Virus record (IMG/VR): IMGVR_UViG_3300033388_002987
Coordinates: 32,001 to 96,000 of that record
Source of the DNA: a virus
Strand: one strand, 5' to 3'
DNA length: 64,000 nucleotides
A program made the position numbers and the translations under genes. The notes under the pieces are model-generated. The model was not told the DNA's origin, did not search any database, and saw only the letters and a program-made list of their open reading frames with translations. Below, in pieces: positions 28,761 to 39,025 of this stretch (positions within the stretch are counted from its first letter, which is position 1; each line of letters opens with the position of its first letter).

Positions 28761-29717
28761 ATGGCAAAGACTAATAAGAGAACTAAAAATATACTAAATA
28801 GTAACTGGAAAGATATCCTTACACGTAAAGCTGCTGGAGAGTCAACTACTAGTATAGCACAGCTATACGGTATCTCTAAACAAGCGCTAAGTGCTAGACT
28901 TAAAAAACAAGTAGTAACTACATCAATAGCTAATCCAACTCTAAAGATACTAACACTAGATATCGAGAACGCACCAATGATGTCATATCACTGGGGCTTA
29001 TGGCAACAAAATATAGGTCAACCAATGCGTCTAGACGGAGATCGTTCTTACATGATGACTGTAGCTGCAAAGTGGCTACACGAAGACAAGGTACATTACT
29101 TTGAAACTCGTAATGAAGACGATTCCAGCATAACTGCTGAAATCTTAAAGCTAGTTGATGAAGCTGATATTATAGTAGGGCATAACGCCCAGAAGTTTGA
29201 TATGAAGAAGATTAACGCTTACGCTATTCTTAACAAAATCCCACCACCATCCCCATACCGTGTAGTAGACACTATGCTAATTGCTAAGAAGCACTTCGCA
29301 TTTGAACGCAACACTCTAGACTACTTATCACACGCATTATGTTCTGAAACTAAATCAGCACATAAAGAGTTCCACGGCTTTGAGCTATGGAAGGAATGTA
29401 TGAAGGGCAACGACGCTGCTTGGGCCGAAATGAAGCACTACAACATCCAAGACGTTAGAGTAACAGAAGAACTATACCTAATCCTTCGCCCATGGGCTAA
29501 AGGCCACCCAAGTATTGTTACTACTACAGACTCTACTGTCCACAGATGTACATCATGTGGTTCTAAGAACGTTAGTACTGACGGTTACTCTATAACAAAT
29601 GTTAGTAAGTTCCAGAAGTACAAATGTAATGACTGTGGAAGTTTCTCACGTGGACGTAAAAACCTAGTAAGCAAAGCAGCTAGAGAAAAGCTACTTACTC
29701 CTGTAGCTAATGGCTAA
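28761..29717 (+). CDS. RNase H-like (DEDD) exonuclease with an N-terminal HTH and C-terminal Zn ribbon
   Basis: TLDIENAP, VGHNAQKFD, VVDTM, YNIQDV, CTSCGS..CNDCG. Confidence 0.85.
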   Translation: MAKTNKRTKNILNSNWKDILTRKAAGESTTSIAQLYGISKQALSARLKKQVVTTSIANPTLKILTLDIENAPMMSYHWGLWQQNIGQPMRLDGDRSYMMTVAAKWLHEDKVHYFETRNEDDSSITAEILKLVDEADIIVGHNAQKFDMKKINAYAILNKIPPPSPYRVVDTMLIAKKHFAFERNTLDYLSHALCSETKSAHKEFHGFELWKECMKGNDAAWAEMKHYNIQDVRVTEELYLILRPWAKGHPSIVTTTDSTVHRCTSCGSKNVSTDGYSITNVSKFQKYKCNDCGSFSRGRKNLVSKAAREKLLTPVANG

Positions 29718-29916
29718 TTATGAAAAAGCAATTAAAGCTAGGATAAAACCTATAATCAACAAAGCTATTGAATTAATAGAACGTCAGGATGATGAGGCCT
29801 TCTTAGGAAGAATGCATATCCTTGCAGCGCAGATTCAAGGGGACGAAAGTGTTGATGCTGCAGTAGAGCTGGCTATTCTAGCACTTACCGCAGAAGAATT
29901 TGGTAAAATTAAATAA
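29710..29916 (+). CDS. Hypothetical protein
   Basis: Overlapping ORF. Confidence 0.5.
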   Translation: MANYEKAIKARIKPIINKAIELIERQDDEAFLGRMHILAAQIQGDESVDAAVELAILALTAEEFGKIK

Positions 29917-29925
29917 GGAAATAAA

Positions 29926-31332
29926 ATGCTAGACATCTACAAAGACAGTCTTGAAAAAGACGGGTGCTTCGACGTAACATACCCAAAGGTATTCGACGCA
30001 GCATCCAAGGTCATCCCTAGCAATATCCCAGAGAAAATGCGTATGTTAATGACCGCAACTGAACTAACAGTATTTGCTGGGCACTTACGTAAACCAATAA
30101 ACTGGCATGGTGCTAAGATACCAATCAACATCATAGCCTTCCTAGTAGGAGGCTCTGGTGCCGGTAAAGGCCTTTCAATTAAGAGTATCTCCTCTATCCT
30201 AGATGGAGGCAATAAGCAAATCAACACCAACAGAGAAGCCCACGCTAAACTCCTAGCAGTAGAAGACGCTGAAACTGACGGCAAGAAAGCCACTGACTGG
30301 CGTAAGTACTACTCTAAACCTCGCGACCTTAAATCAGCAATCTCTACCCTTCCAGGAACAATGAAGCATTTAGCGGCACTGGAACGTGGTAAACAAGGTG
30401 CTGGTTACATGTACGTCGATGAAATAGGTAGTGAACTTATTAGCAACAAAGACCTCTCTGAAAACATCATTGCCCTAGCCGTTGGCTACGACACTGGTGA
30501 AATAGCCCCTAAGATCCTTAAAGACGATAATAACCAAGTTGAAGGCATCAAAAACCTTCCATACTCTGCGTTAATGTTTGGTTCACCTATGAACATTATC
30601 TTTGATGAAGCTGTTAAACGCAAATTCAAAGAAGAGTTCTCAACTAAGCTATCTCGTAGATGCCATTTCTCCTTCATAACTGAAGAGACTAAAAGGCCTA
30701 CATTCAACTCAATAGAAGAGTCTCGTGAGTATGCTAAAGCAGAACGCATGCGCGTTCAGACAGCGTCAGCTGGCTTAGAGCCTTGGTTCACCGCATTAGC
30801 ATCTTCAACTACAAACATCCCTCTAGAAGTAGAAGAGGAAGTAGAAGAGTTATTCAGTGATTACCACGGCTACAATGAATGGTATGCAGATACTATCCCA
30901 AACCAATTTGCTATGACTAAACTCCACCGCTTACATTTACAATGGAAAAGCCTTAAAGTAGCGGGTGCAATAGCAATCCTAGAAGGTGTAGAAGTAATTA
31001 CTAAGCAACATCTCATCGAAGCAATACGCTTCTCTGAGATTTACGCTAATGACATTTATAACTTCGAGCAGGAACTTGAAAAGGAACCTTACGAATTATT
31101 TGCTGACTATATGATATCAATAGCTGAAAAAGGCTATGCTAATATATCCATCCATAAGCTTCGTAAAATGGGCTTTGTAAAGGGTACTGGCTCTGCTCAG
31201 AATAAGATGATTGAACTAATTGATCTTGCTAGGTCCTACGACGATCATAACAGATATCAATACGCGGAAGGCTACATCCACTTCTACGAAGAGGCATCTA
31301 TATCAGATGCTGACAGAGATGAGCTAGCATGA
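29926..31332 (+). CDS. P-loop NTPase/helicase half of an N4 gp43-like primase-helicase (DUF3987-like)
   Basis: PINIIAFLVGGSGAGKG Walker A, YVDEIGSEL Walker B, LMFGSP, KLSRRC and ELEKEPYELF. Confidence 0.7.
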   Translation: MLDIYKDSLEKDGCFDVTYPKVFDAASKVIPSNIPEKMRMLMTATELTVFAGHLRKPINWHGAKIPINIIAFLVGGSGAGKGLSIKSISSILDGGNKQINTNREAHAKLLAVEDAETDGKKATDWRKYYSKPRDLKSAISTLPGTMKHLAALERGKQGAGYMYVDEIGSELISNKDLSENIIALAVGYDTGEIAPKILKDDNNQVEGIKNLPYSALMFGSPMNIIFDEAVKRKFKEEFSTKLSRRCHFSFITEETKRPTFNSIEESREYAKAERMRVQTASAGLEPWFTALASSTTNIPLEVEEEVEELFSDYHGYNEWYADTIPNQFAMTKLHRLHLQWKSLKVAGAIAILEGVEVITKQHLIEAIRFSEIYANDIYNFEQELEKEPYELFADYMISIAEKGYANISIHKLRKMGFVKGTGSAQNKMIELIDLARSYDDHNRYQYAEGYIHFYEEASISDADRDELA

Positions 31333-31529
31333 TACAATTTAATAAACTAGTAGCATACGTTGAAAGTCGTTTGACCACTTCTGGGTTAACACTGTCAACC
31401 TATGGTAAAGGGGAAATGCTTAAACGTTTCAACAAAAAAGAATCTGAGGGTGGTTACTCTCAATACTGGAAAGAGTTATGACAGTTGCCAAGAAACCATA
31501 TACACTAATAGTTTACTAAAGGAGCCATC

Positions 31530-32423
31530 ATGCAACACGGAGTAAGCTTCTTAGAAGTAGACAACTCAGCCATTCAGCAAGCAATTGCTGATAAGGCATC
31601 AAAAGACCACATAAGTTACCTTAAGCAATCAGTTGCGTTTAATGCAGTTTATGGGTTTCAATACCAAGAAGTCAGCTTCGCAGACTTATCTAATATCCTA
31701 GATCACGACTACGGGTTTACTCCTTTCAAATATCGCTCCGTAGAAGAAGGTGCTATCTACAACGTAGAAAAGCATCCTGAAGCATGGGGACGAGTTCGTG
31801 GACGTGACAACGTTAATGACTCAGTCACATGGCTCTGCCTCGATATAGATGAGACAACAATCACTGATGAAGAGCTTCACCAAATACTGGGTAAGCTTAA
31901 CCATCATATAGCTCGTACGTCAGATAAAACAAACCCATACAAATACCGTGTACTCTTAGAACTGGACCGTCCAGTTCATATGACTCATCATACTTGGAAA
32001 CCTTTCCTACACTCAATTGGAAACCATCTAGGACTAAAGATTGATACGTTAGGACGCTCTCAATGCTTCTACGGCTATAAAGGACGTCAAGTCCACTCAG
32101 TTATAGATCAACTACCTTTAACCACATCTACCCACTTAGAAATGGCCCACATGAAGGTAGCTGAACTAGAAGAGAAACGTGCAACTGCTCTACCACCTGA
32201 AATGGTAGATGCAGCCCTCAAAAGGCCTTTCTCAACATTCGAGTTTGCATATAACGCAACCTCCGGAGAAGGTACAACTAAACTACTAGCTGCAATCCAC
32301 CTCGCCAAAGAGATGGGAGCTAGTGGAGATTACATTATGGACTTAGTCCATTCTATAAACAACTTCTGGGATCATCCGATGCCAGAGCATAGACTACAAT
32401 CAACTGTAATGACAGCAATATAA
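31530..32423 (+). CDS. Primase-polymerase (AEP-like) half with a PriCT-like C-terminus
   Basis: WLCLDID, HHIARTS, KYRVLLELDRP, SQCFYG and a helical C-terminal domain; AAAGGAG RBS. Confidence 0.7.
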   Translation: MQHGVSFLEVDNSAIQQAIADKASKDHISYLKQSVAFNAVYGFQYQEVSFADLSNILDHDYGFTPFKYRSVEEGAIYNVEKHPEAWGRVRGRDNVNDSVTWLCLDIDETTITDEELHQILGKLNHHIARTSDKTNPYKYRVLLELDRPVHMTHHTWKPFLHSIGNHLGLKIDTLGRSQCFYGYKGRQVHSVIDQLPLTTSTHLEMAHMKVAELEEKRATALPPEMVDAALKRPFSTFEFAYNATSGEGTTKLLAAIHLAKEMGASGDYIMDLVHSINNFWDHPMPEHRLQSTVMTAI

Positions 32424-32433
32424 AGGAAATCTA

Positions 32434-33857
32434 ATGGAAGAACTAATACAACCCCAAATAGGAATGACCTTATATGGTTACTGCAACGGCTACTTCGGTA
32501 GAGATGGTTATGGTGACAAACGTATTGAGGTAGTTACCTTTGACTACATAGTAGTACGCACAGATAGCGACGTTGAAATACTATCTACTAAAGACTGGGA
32601 TGGTAAAATATACAAATCTTGGACAATAGACGAGGCTTATGACTAACCTACCTAAAGTAGAGTATCTCTACGGTATCAACGTAAACACTAAAGTATGGGA
32701 AACAATGCATTACAAAGAAGTACTACTTCTTAAATGTAAACTAGCTCATAACCGTATAGGAGTTATTAATGAATCTCATTATATGATAAAAGATTCTCAG
32801 AACATTAATGAGTGTGTAACAGCTATCAAGTTTAACGAGAAACTACTACTAGAACTAAAACGTAAATAAGGAGAATCAATGGAAATAGGAACTAAAATAG
32901 AAGCAACAGCTAAGTCAAAGCACGTAGGCCAGACAGGCACTGTTGTAGCAGACTACTTAAACATGTTAATGGTAAAAGCCGATGATGAATCTTACCCTCT
33001 CTCATTTAAAAACAAGATAGGTGATGGTAAGTACTTCCAAGTTGACAGCAGAGCTGTCAAAGTCTTAAAGGACTAATATGTCTGCTAAGCATTATTTATA
33101 TCGTAACTTACATACAGGTACTTTCAGCCTTAAATTTAAAGGTAAGGTAATAGCACATCCATCTATACTAATAATGCGAGATGTGTTATTCAAAGTAAGT
33201 GCCAAAGGAAGAGCAAGAGTATTAGCCTCTAAACGTAAGAATGTACATGCTACTGTAGCAGGTACTCCTTCGTTATTACCATATACCTACACGCAAGAAG
33301 AGGTTTATTACAACCCTTATAAAACAGCTACCTTTATAAATAAGGCAACAGGGATACCTGTACTAAGTGCAGACTTAGTACTATGCCAAGATAACAAAAT
33401 ATATATCCTAAAGGAACAATAATGGTAAAACTAACAACACTTAAAATAAATCAAACAATAGTACACGATCAAGGTGCATCAACATTCTTTAGTTATGACA
33501 CTCCTATCTGTACTAGAAATGCAGATGGTTCAATTACACTATATACTGACTGGGCTTATAGCCCTACAACTAGTAAGTATCGTTCTCAGTTTCTTAATGG
33601 AGAAACTACAGCACAGACAAGAGCGAAGTTATTGGTGGGTACTTACACTCTAAGGAGACCTTATGAATCCTAAATACACAGATTTACTATTTGAGTTGTT
33701 TGACTCAATTGATGGTGTAGAGGATATGGAGGCAGAGGCTGCCCTAGTATCAGACATTCTCGACGTAATAGTAAACTATACAGTAGACGAGATATCTGAT
33801 GCACAGTTAATACACCCTTCAGATATACTTGATCTAGTAAAGGAACGTTATGCCTAA
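32434..33857 (+). CDS. Run of small hypothetical ORFs (32434-32646, 32639-32869, 32879-33076, 33078-33422, 33422-33673, 33663-33857)
   Basis: Each has an AAGGA-type RBS or start/stop overlap; 33078 has a YRNLH..FS/HA pattern common in phage ORFs. Confidence 0.6.
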
Positions 33858-34494
33858 AATAAGTAAAACATCTAAGATGCAAATAACAGGTAAAAAGGTT
33901 GGCTCATGGAGCCTCCCAGCTGGCAACTCTTGCCCCGGTGCCAAAGGCGCCGAGGTCTGTGAAGGCTGCTACGCCAAAAAAGGTATGTACCGTTTTCCAG
34001 TAGTTAAGAACGTACGTGAGTACAACAAACAGGACTACCATAAGGACGACTGGGTCGACCGTATGGTTAGGGAAGTTAATAAGTTTGACTATTTCAGATG
34101 GTTTGATAGTGGGGATATTGAGACGCCTGAGCTAGCTAGAAAAATAACTAAAGTAGTTGTACTAACTAAAAAGGTAAAACATTGGATACCCACCAGATCT
34201 GATAAACTAAATAAAATAGAAGGGGCTTATAGAGAAGCTCCTGCTAATTCTTTATTTGGATTACATATGCAATTTAATGCAGTAGTACGCCCTTCAGCCG
34301 ATTTCATCGGCCTCAACAACAACGAACGCCCTGGTGTAAACTCATTCGTCATCAACAATACTACAGCCGATTTATTTGAAGCCAAGAAACAAGGCATCTA
34401 CGTATGTCCTGTAGGAATAAGTCCTAATCAGAAATCTTGTGATACTTGTACTAAGTGTTATACTGATGAAAAGGTTGCTTATGTCCTCCATTAA
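33850..34494 (+). CDS. GP88-like Fe-S/radical-SAM-related phage protein
   Basis: WSLPAGNSCPGA..CEGCYAKKG, FRWFDSGD, WIPTR and C-terminal CP..CDTCTKC. Confidence 0.7.
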   Translation: MPKISKTSKMQITGKKVGSWSLPAGNSCPGAKGAEVCEGCYAKKGMYRFPVVKNVREYNKQDYHKDDWVDRMVREVNKFDYFRWFDSGDIETPELARKITKVVVLTKKVKHWIPTRSDKLNKIEGAYREAPANSLFGLHMQFNAVVRPSADFIGLNNNERPGVNSFVINNTTADLFEAKKQGIYVCPVGISPNQKSCDTCTKCYTDEKVAYVLH

Positions 34495-34912
34495 GGATGA
34501 GTTTATTCATATAGTAATACCATGTTATTACACTCAACGCTTTAAAACTAAAGCAGATAAAACCTTCTTAGTTGGCCAAAATTGGTACAGAAACGCACAT
34601 CACTTCATTAAAAATGAAGTTAAAACGTGGTTTACTGACGACATCTTAGCTCAGTTAAAAGCTATGAATGCCCAGCCAATTAAAGGTAAGTATGAAGTAG
34701 CCTTTGAGTATTACTACAAAAATCCCTCTTCAGACTTAATGAATGTATGTGGGCTTGCCAGTAAACACGCAAACGATGCATTCGAGAAGTACGGTTTAAT
34801 AGAAAACGATAACGTTAAACATTGTGTACGTGAATGTGCACATGTTGCAGAGCAAGATAAAGAAAACCCTCGCGTAGAAATCTACGTGAGAGCAGTAAAG
34901 GAAACAGAATGA
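34481..34912 (+). CDS. RusA-like Holliday junction resolvase
   Basis: YYYKNPSSDLMNV, ANDAF..IENDN and ENPRVEI. The start is likely at 34481. Confidence 0.65.
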   Translation: MSSIKDEFIHIVIPCYYTQRFKTKADKTFLVGQNWYRNAHHFIKNEVKTWFTDDILAQLKAMNAQPIKGKYEVAFEYYYKNPSSDLMNVCGLASKHANDAFEKYGLIENDNVKHCVRECAHVAEQDKENPRVEIYVRAVKETE

Positions 34913-35171
34913 TAAACCTAGAAGCAATCCAGGAATGGATTAAAAGCATTGGTTACAAAATAGAAGTAACCTTATATAGCATCTTTCAAGATGATGGGAG
35001 AAGGTAGCCTGTTAAATAAATAACAGGAGAGACTTTACAAATACAGCCACAACTTGTGTGTATAGTGCGATATTAAGGTATTACTAAATATGATACGTGA
35101 CAATGCTAACAAGAAGAATAGCTCATACAAAGGCTGGACTTTAGAACACACTTTTAATAATAGGAGACAAA

Positions 35172-35978
35172 ATGGCAATAGCTGATTACTATGATGGACT
35201 GGACCAACTTCCAGAGGGAGCTTTTAAGATAAGCCCATCAGGTGTAGATAAATTTTTCTCAGACAAGACTACTTGGTACAGAGAAAATCTACTAGGTGAG
35301 GATAAGAAATTTACTGGTTCAACTAGTACTGTACTTGGGACAATTTGTCATCATTGTGCAGAAGTAGTTGCAAATAGTATTATGGCTAATAAGCCCCATG
35401 ATTCAGAGCAATTAAATAAAGATGTGGAAGAGTACTTACAACCTTACGACGGTAACGAAGACTACGATACTCAGAAAATAAGGGATCTCTGGCGTAACAT
35501 GTCAGAGCCTCTTATAAAAGAGTACGTACTTAACGCTAATACAATAGCAACAGAAGACTATATCTCTCATGAACTACTTCCAGACATCTGGGTAGGTGGC
35601 ACATATGATGCTATCACATCTACTGTTCCTAACGATGACTTACACAACCCTGTTGGGCAACTAACTGTACGTGACTACAAGACAGCTTCTAGTAAGCCAT
35701 CGTCATTCTCGTATGCCTACAAGCTCCAAGCCTTTACTTACGCATACATCTTACACCAAAAGGGTATTAAGGTCTCTCAAGTAGAGCTGTGCTACTCTGT
35801 ACAGCCTACTAAGACTTTACCAGTACGTAACTTTAATTTTACTGTACCGTTTGATAATCAGGCTTACAAATTCATTGAAGGTATTTTGTACCTAATAGCT
35901 GACTCAGTGCAATGCTTTAAGGCAATGCCTGAGTGGAGATACTTATTAGCGTGTGATTATCGTTTAAAGGTTACATAA
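35172..35978 (+). CDS. PD-(D/E)XK (Cas4/RecB-like) nuclease
   Basis: ISPSG, GTICH, GGTYD, VRDYKT and QAFTYAY. Confidence 0.8.
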   Translation: MAIADYYDGLDQLPEGAFKISPSGVDKFFSDKTTWYRENLLGEDKKFTGSTSTVLGTICHHCAEVVANSIMANKPHDSEQLNKDVEEYLQPYDGNEDYDTQKIRDLWRNMSEPLIKEYVLNANTIATEDYISHELLPDIWVGGTYDAITSTVPNDDLHNPVGQLTVRDYKTASSKPSSFSYAYKLQAFTYAYILHQKGIKVSQVELCYSVQPTKTLPVRNFNFTVPFDNQAYKFIEGILYLIADSVQCFKAMPEWRYLLACDYRLKVT

Positions 35979-36185
35979 TGTGCCTTTGTGGATGTAAAAC
36001 TGCAACAATAGCTAGGTTAGTTAATACATCTACAGAAACATTTGTAGCCTCATACAGATGTAGTAATTGTGGTACAGTGATGCAAACATACGCTGGTTTC
36101 CATGGGACACTTAAACCAATGACCACGACGAAGTCTTAAAACTCATTCAAATCAAACGCGGATAGTTCCCGCATAAGGAGCCAAT

Positions 36186-36848
36186 ATGGCAATAAAATTA
36201 TTAATCAGTGGTTTTGAAAACACTGGTAAATCAACAACAGCATCTAAGATTGATAATGCTATGGTTGTGAACTTTGATAGAAAAGAGTATGGCTTCGCTG
36301 TACCTCATATGAATATCACAAACTACGATGGTATCGATGGCCTTATAAGCACAATTAACGAAAAGCTAGGGGTATACCAAGAAAAAGTAGGTAAACTTCC
36401 AGAAACAGTTGTCTTAGACACTGTTACACAGTTCTACACAGCTATGCAGTCCTACAACGCTAACGCGTTTAAAGGCTTTGACATCCACTCTGCAAACGGT
36501 AAAGACACTGCTAGCCTAAACGCATACGTTGAAGACGTACTAATTGCAAACGGTGTCAACGTAGTAATCGTAGCTCACACTACTTTCGACTCTGAAACAG
36601 CTCGTCACATAATCCCGGCAAGTGGTCAATTCGGAAAATCAGGTAGTTGGTTAAGTGTAGTGAACGAGGCTGTCTTTATTGAGAAGAAGTCTGGTAAATT
36701 CATAATTCACCAACGCTCTATGAAGTTCCCTTGTCGCACAACTCTACCAGATCTTGAAGATTTAATAGATAGTGACAAGTACGATATCAACGAGCATATA
36801 GCTAAACTAACAGCTTCAAAAGTTGAAGCACAAGAGTTTATACTTTAA
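36186..36848 (+). CDS. Sak4-like AAA ATPase/recombination protein (N4 gp44-like)
   Basis: GFENTGKST, VVLDT and VIVAH; lies directly upstream of SSB as in N4-like phages. Confidence 0.75.
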   Translation: MAIKLLISGFENTGKSTTASKIDNAMVVNFDRKEYGFAVPHMNITNYDGIDGLISTINEKLGVYQEKVGKLPETVVLDTVTQFYTAMQSYNANAFKGFDIHSANGKDTASLNAYVEDVLIANGVNVVIVAHTTFDSETARHIIPASGQFGKSGSWLSVVNEAVFIEKKSGKFIIHQRSMKFPCRTTLPDLEDLIDSDKYDINEHIAKLTASKVEAQEFIL

Positions 36849-36884
36849 CAGTATATAACAAAATAAAACAACAAAGGATTAACA

Positions 36885-37556
36885 TTGGCATTTTTAATTG
36901 TTAAAGAAGAAAGCGTAAAACAAGAAGGCGGAAGCGGATACATCAACAAATCAGGTATCTTCGACTTAACACTAAAACATTGTGAGATTTCAAACACTAA
37001 AAATGGGGCAGTTCAAGCAAACTACTTCTTCGATAAGTGTATGTCTTACGGTAACAACATCATTGGTACACAAGGGCAACCAACATTTGGTTACAAAATC
37101 CTAGAGGCACTAGCCGCAGTAATCGGTGAAGAAGAACTTTCAGATCCAGAGCCAACTACAGTAACATTTAAAAAGGGTGCTAAAGAGTTATCTTGTATCC
37201 CTGAATTAAATGACATTGCTATCAAAGCATGGATCCAAGTATCTTACCGCATGTACCAAGGTGAAATTCAAGAGAACGTTTCAGTAAGACGTTTCTACCG
37301 TGCAACTGATGGTGCTTCTGGTTCAGAAGTACAATCAGGTGAAAACATCGGAGAGCGTATTGCTAAAGATGCTGACTTTGCTACTGAAATCAAGTACGAA
37401 GACGGTGTAACTGAAGAAGCAGTTGCTATCTGGAAAAAAGCTCAGCAAGGTGGTGGCAGTGCTAAACCTACTACTGGTGGGTTTTCAGGAGCTGCTAATA
37501 AACCAAGTGGTTTCCCTACGAGTGCGTCAGCAAAGTCTGGATTTCCCGGGCAATAA
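36885..37556 (+). CDS. ssb: Single-stranded DNA-binding protein
   Basis: TTG start with AAAGGA RBS, beta-rich body, low-complexity G/S/F tail ending GFPGQ, and synteny with Sak4. Confidence 0.6.
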   Translation: MAFLIVKEESVKQEGGSGYINKSGIFDLTLKHCEISNTKNGAVQANYFFDKCMSYGNNIIGTQGQPTFGYKILEALAAVIGEEELSDPEPTTVTFKKGAKELSCIPELNDIAIKAWIQVSYRMYQGEIQENVSVRRFYRATDGASGSEVQSGENIGERIAKDADFATEIKYEDGVTEEAVAIWKKAQQGGGSAKPTTGGFSGAANKPSGFPTSASAKSGFPGQ

Positions 37557-37616
37557 TTCCCAGGTTCTATTAAGGTTAATGTAGTTATACTATTACTAGT
37601 GAATTAAAGGAACCTT

Positions 37617-38264
37617 ATGAAAACATGTACAAAGTGTAATACATTAAAAGCTCTTGATGAGTATAATAACTCATCTAAAGCTAAAGATGGTAAGAAGTCT
37701 AGTTGCAGAGAGTGTGCAAAGCTATCCGAGAAATTACGTAAGCTTGCTTATGAAGTGGCTGGTAGGCCTACTACAGCTTTAAGTGGTACAAAGGTATGCA
37801 CTAACTGTATGGTAGATAAGCCATACACTGAATATTACAGACGTGGAGATGCCTCTGGTAACTACAAGTCTCAATGTAAAGTATGTGTACGTCCTATACT
37901 AAATCAGTATAAACGAAATAACCCTGCAAAACGTCAAGCTCTGAAAGTAAAACGTACTGCAGCTTTAATGAATCGTACACCAAAATGGCTTACTGCAGAT
38001 GATTACTGGCTAATGGAGCAAGCATATGAACATGCTATAACACAGTCTGAAAAGCATGGGATTAAGTTTCATGTAGACCATATTATACCTCTTAATGGTA
38101 AGTATGTTAGTGGGCTGCACTGTCCAGACAACTTGCAGGTAATACCATACTACGAAAACCTTAGTAAATCTAATAAGTTTACTAACGATGGTATTCTACT
38201 GTTTATTGAATCACTCACATCTACTCAATTAGCATTAGCTGAAGAAGCTAACATTACATTATAA
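37617..38264 (+). CDS. Free-standing HNH endonuclease with two Zn-finger repeats
   Basis: CTKC..CREC, CTNC..CKVC and FHVDHIIPLNGKYVSGLHCPDNLQVI. Confidence 0.85.
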   Translation: MKTCTKCNTLKALDEYNNSSKAKDGKKSSCRECAKLSEKLRKLAYEVAGRPTTALSGTKVCTNCMVDKPYTEYYRRGDASGNYKSQCKVCVRPILNQYKRNNPAKRQALKVKRTAALMNRTPKWLTADDYWLMEQAYEHAITQSEKHGIKFHVDHIIPLNGKYVSGLHCPDNLQVIPYYENLSKSNKFTNDGILLFIESLTSTQLALAEEANITL

Positions 38265-38430
38265 CAACTGGCATAGAGAACTACACCTTACTTATTAAGA
38301 CCAGTAATCTCTTTACCTGAGACTAAATGAGTATCTAGGATGACAGCCTGGACGTTTCCTAACAAACTACAGACAGGCACTCACAAACGATAAGCCTCTG
38401 CTCAGACGCACTATGCAGCTGAATTACGCT
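38265..38430 (+). ncRNA. Possible small structured RNA element
   Basis: Nested stems TGAGT/ACTCA (38328/38379) and GCCTG/CAGGC (38346/38374), plus upstream hairpins, in an intergenic gap. Confidence 0.35.
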
Positions 38431-38462
38431 TGTCTTTTCAATTAAAACAACAAAGGATTCCA

Positions 38463-38636
38463 ATGAATGAATTAAATACAATAAACGACTTACTAGTAGC
38501 AGCATCTAATCAGATAGCAGCATATAATGAAAAGCCAACTAAGGCTGAATCAGGACGTATTAGAAAAACTCTTGGTGAAATTAAAAAACAAGTAACAGGT
38601 GTTCGCGCTGCTTTAGTAGCTGCGGACAAAGTATAA
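38463..38636 (+). CDS. Small helical protein (Hc1/histone-like family resemblance)
   Basis: KPTKAESGRIRKTLGEIKK. The start is moved to 38463 because of the AAAGGA RBS. Confidence 0.45.
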   Translation: MNELNTINDLLVAASNQIAAYNEKPTKAESGRIRKTLGEIKKQVTGVRAALVAADKV

Positions 38637-38798
38637 TGGAAGTAAAAGAATACTTTAACGGCGGAGCTCGCTTCATAGGAGGAGTACCATTATTTCTATT
38701 AATGGTACTAGATGGCAACTCTGGTATAGACTTACTAGATGCAACAATTAACTGGGTAACTTCACTGGCAACAGTAATCCCACAGTAAAGGAATAACA

Positions 38799-39023
38799 AT
38801 GTATAAAGGAATGTCACTACCACAAATGGTTAAAGGTAAGTTAGTTACTTTTGAATTTTATCGCAAACAAGAACTTTGGTATGTCACTGACGATGGGTTT
38901 AAATTCCCAGTGCCTATAGATGACACAGGGGATGGTACATTCCTTGCATCAGATAAAGCTACCTTATTTATGAGATATATACGTAAACAATTAGAGGAAA
39001 TCTCTAACGAAACTAAGGAGTAA
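38799..39023 (+). CDS. Hypothetical protein
   Basis: AAAGGA RBS. Confidence 0.6.
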   Translation: MYKGMSLPQMVKGKLVTFEFYRKQELWYVTDDGFKFPVPIDDTGDGTFLASDKATLFMRYIRKQLEEISNETKE

Positions 39024-39025
39024 CA

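Noticed and set aside
35008-35165. Relic of a homing endonuclease DNA-binding tail (TGET..SYKGWTL)
   Set aside because: It is short, split across frames with stops and has no catalytic part; too weak to call.
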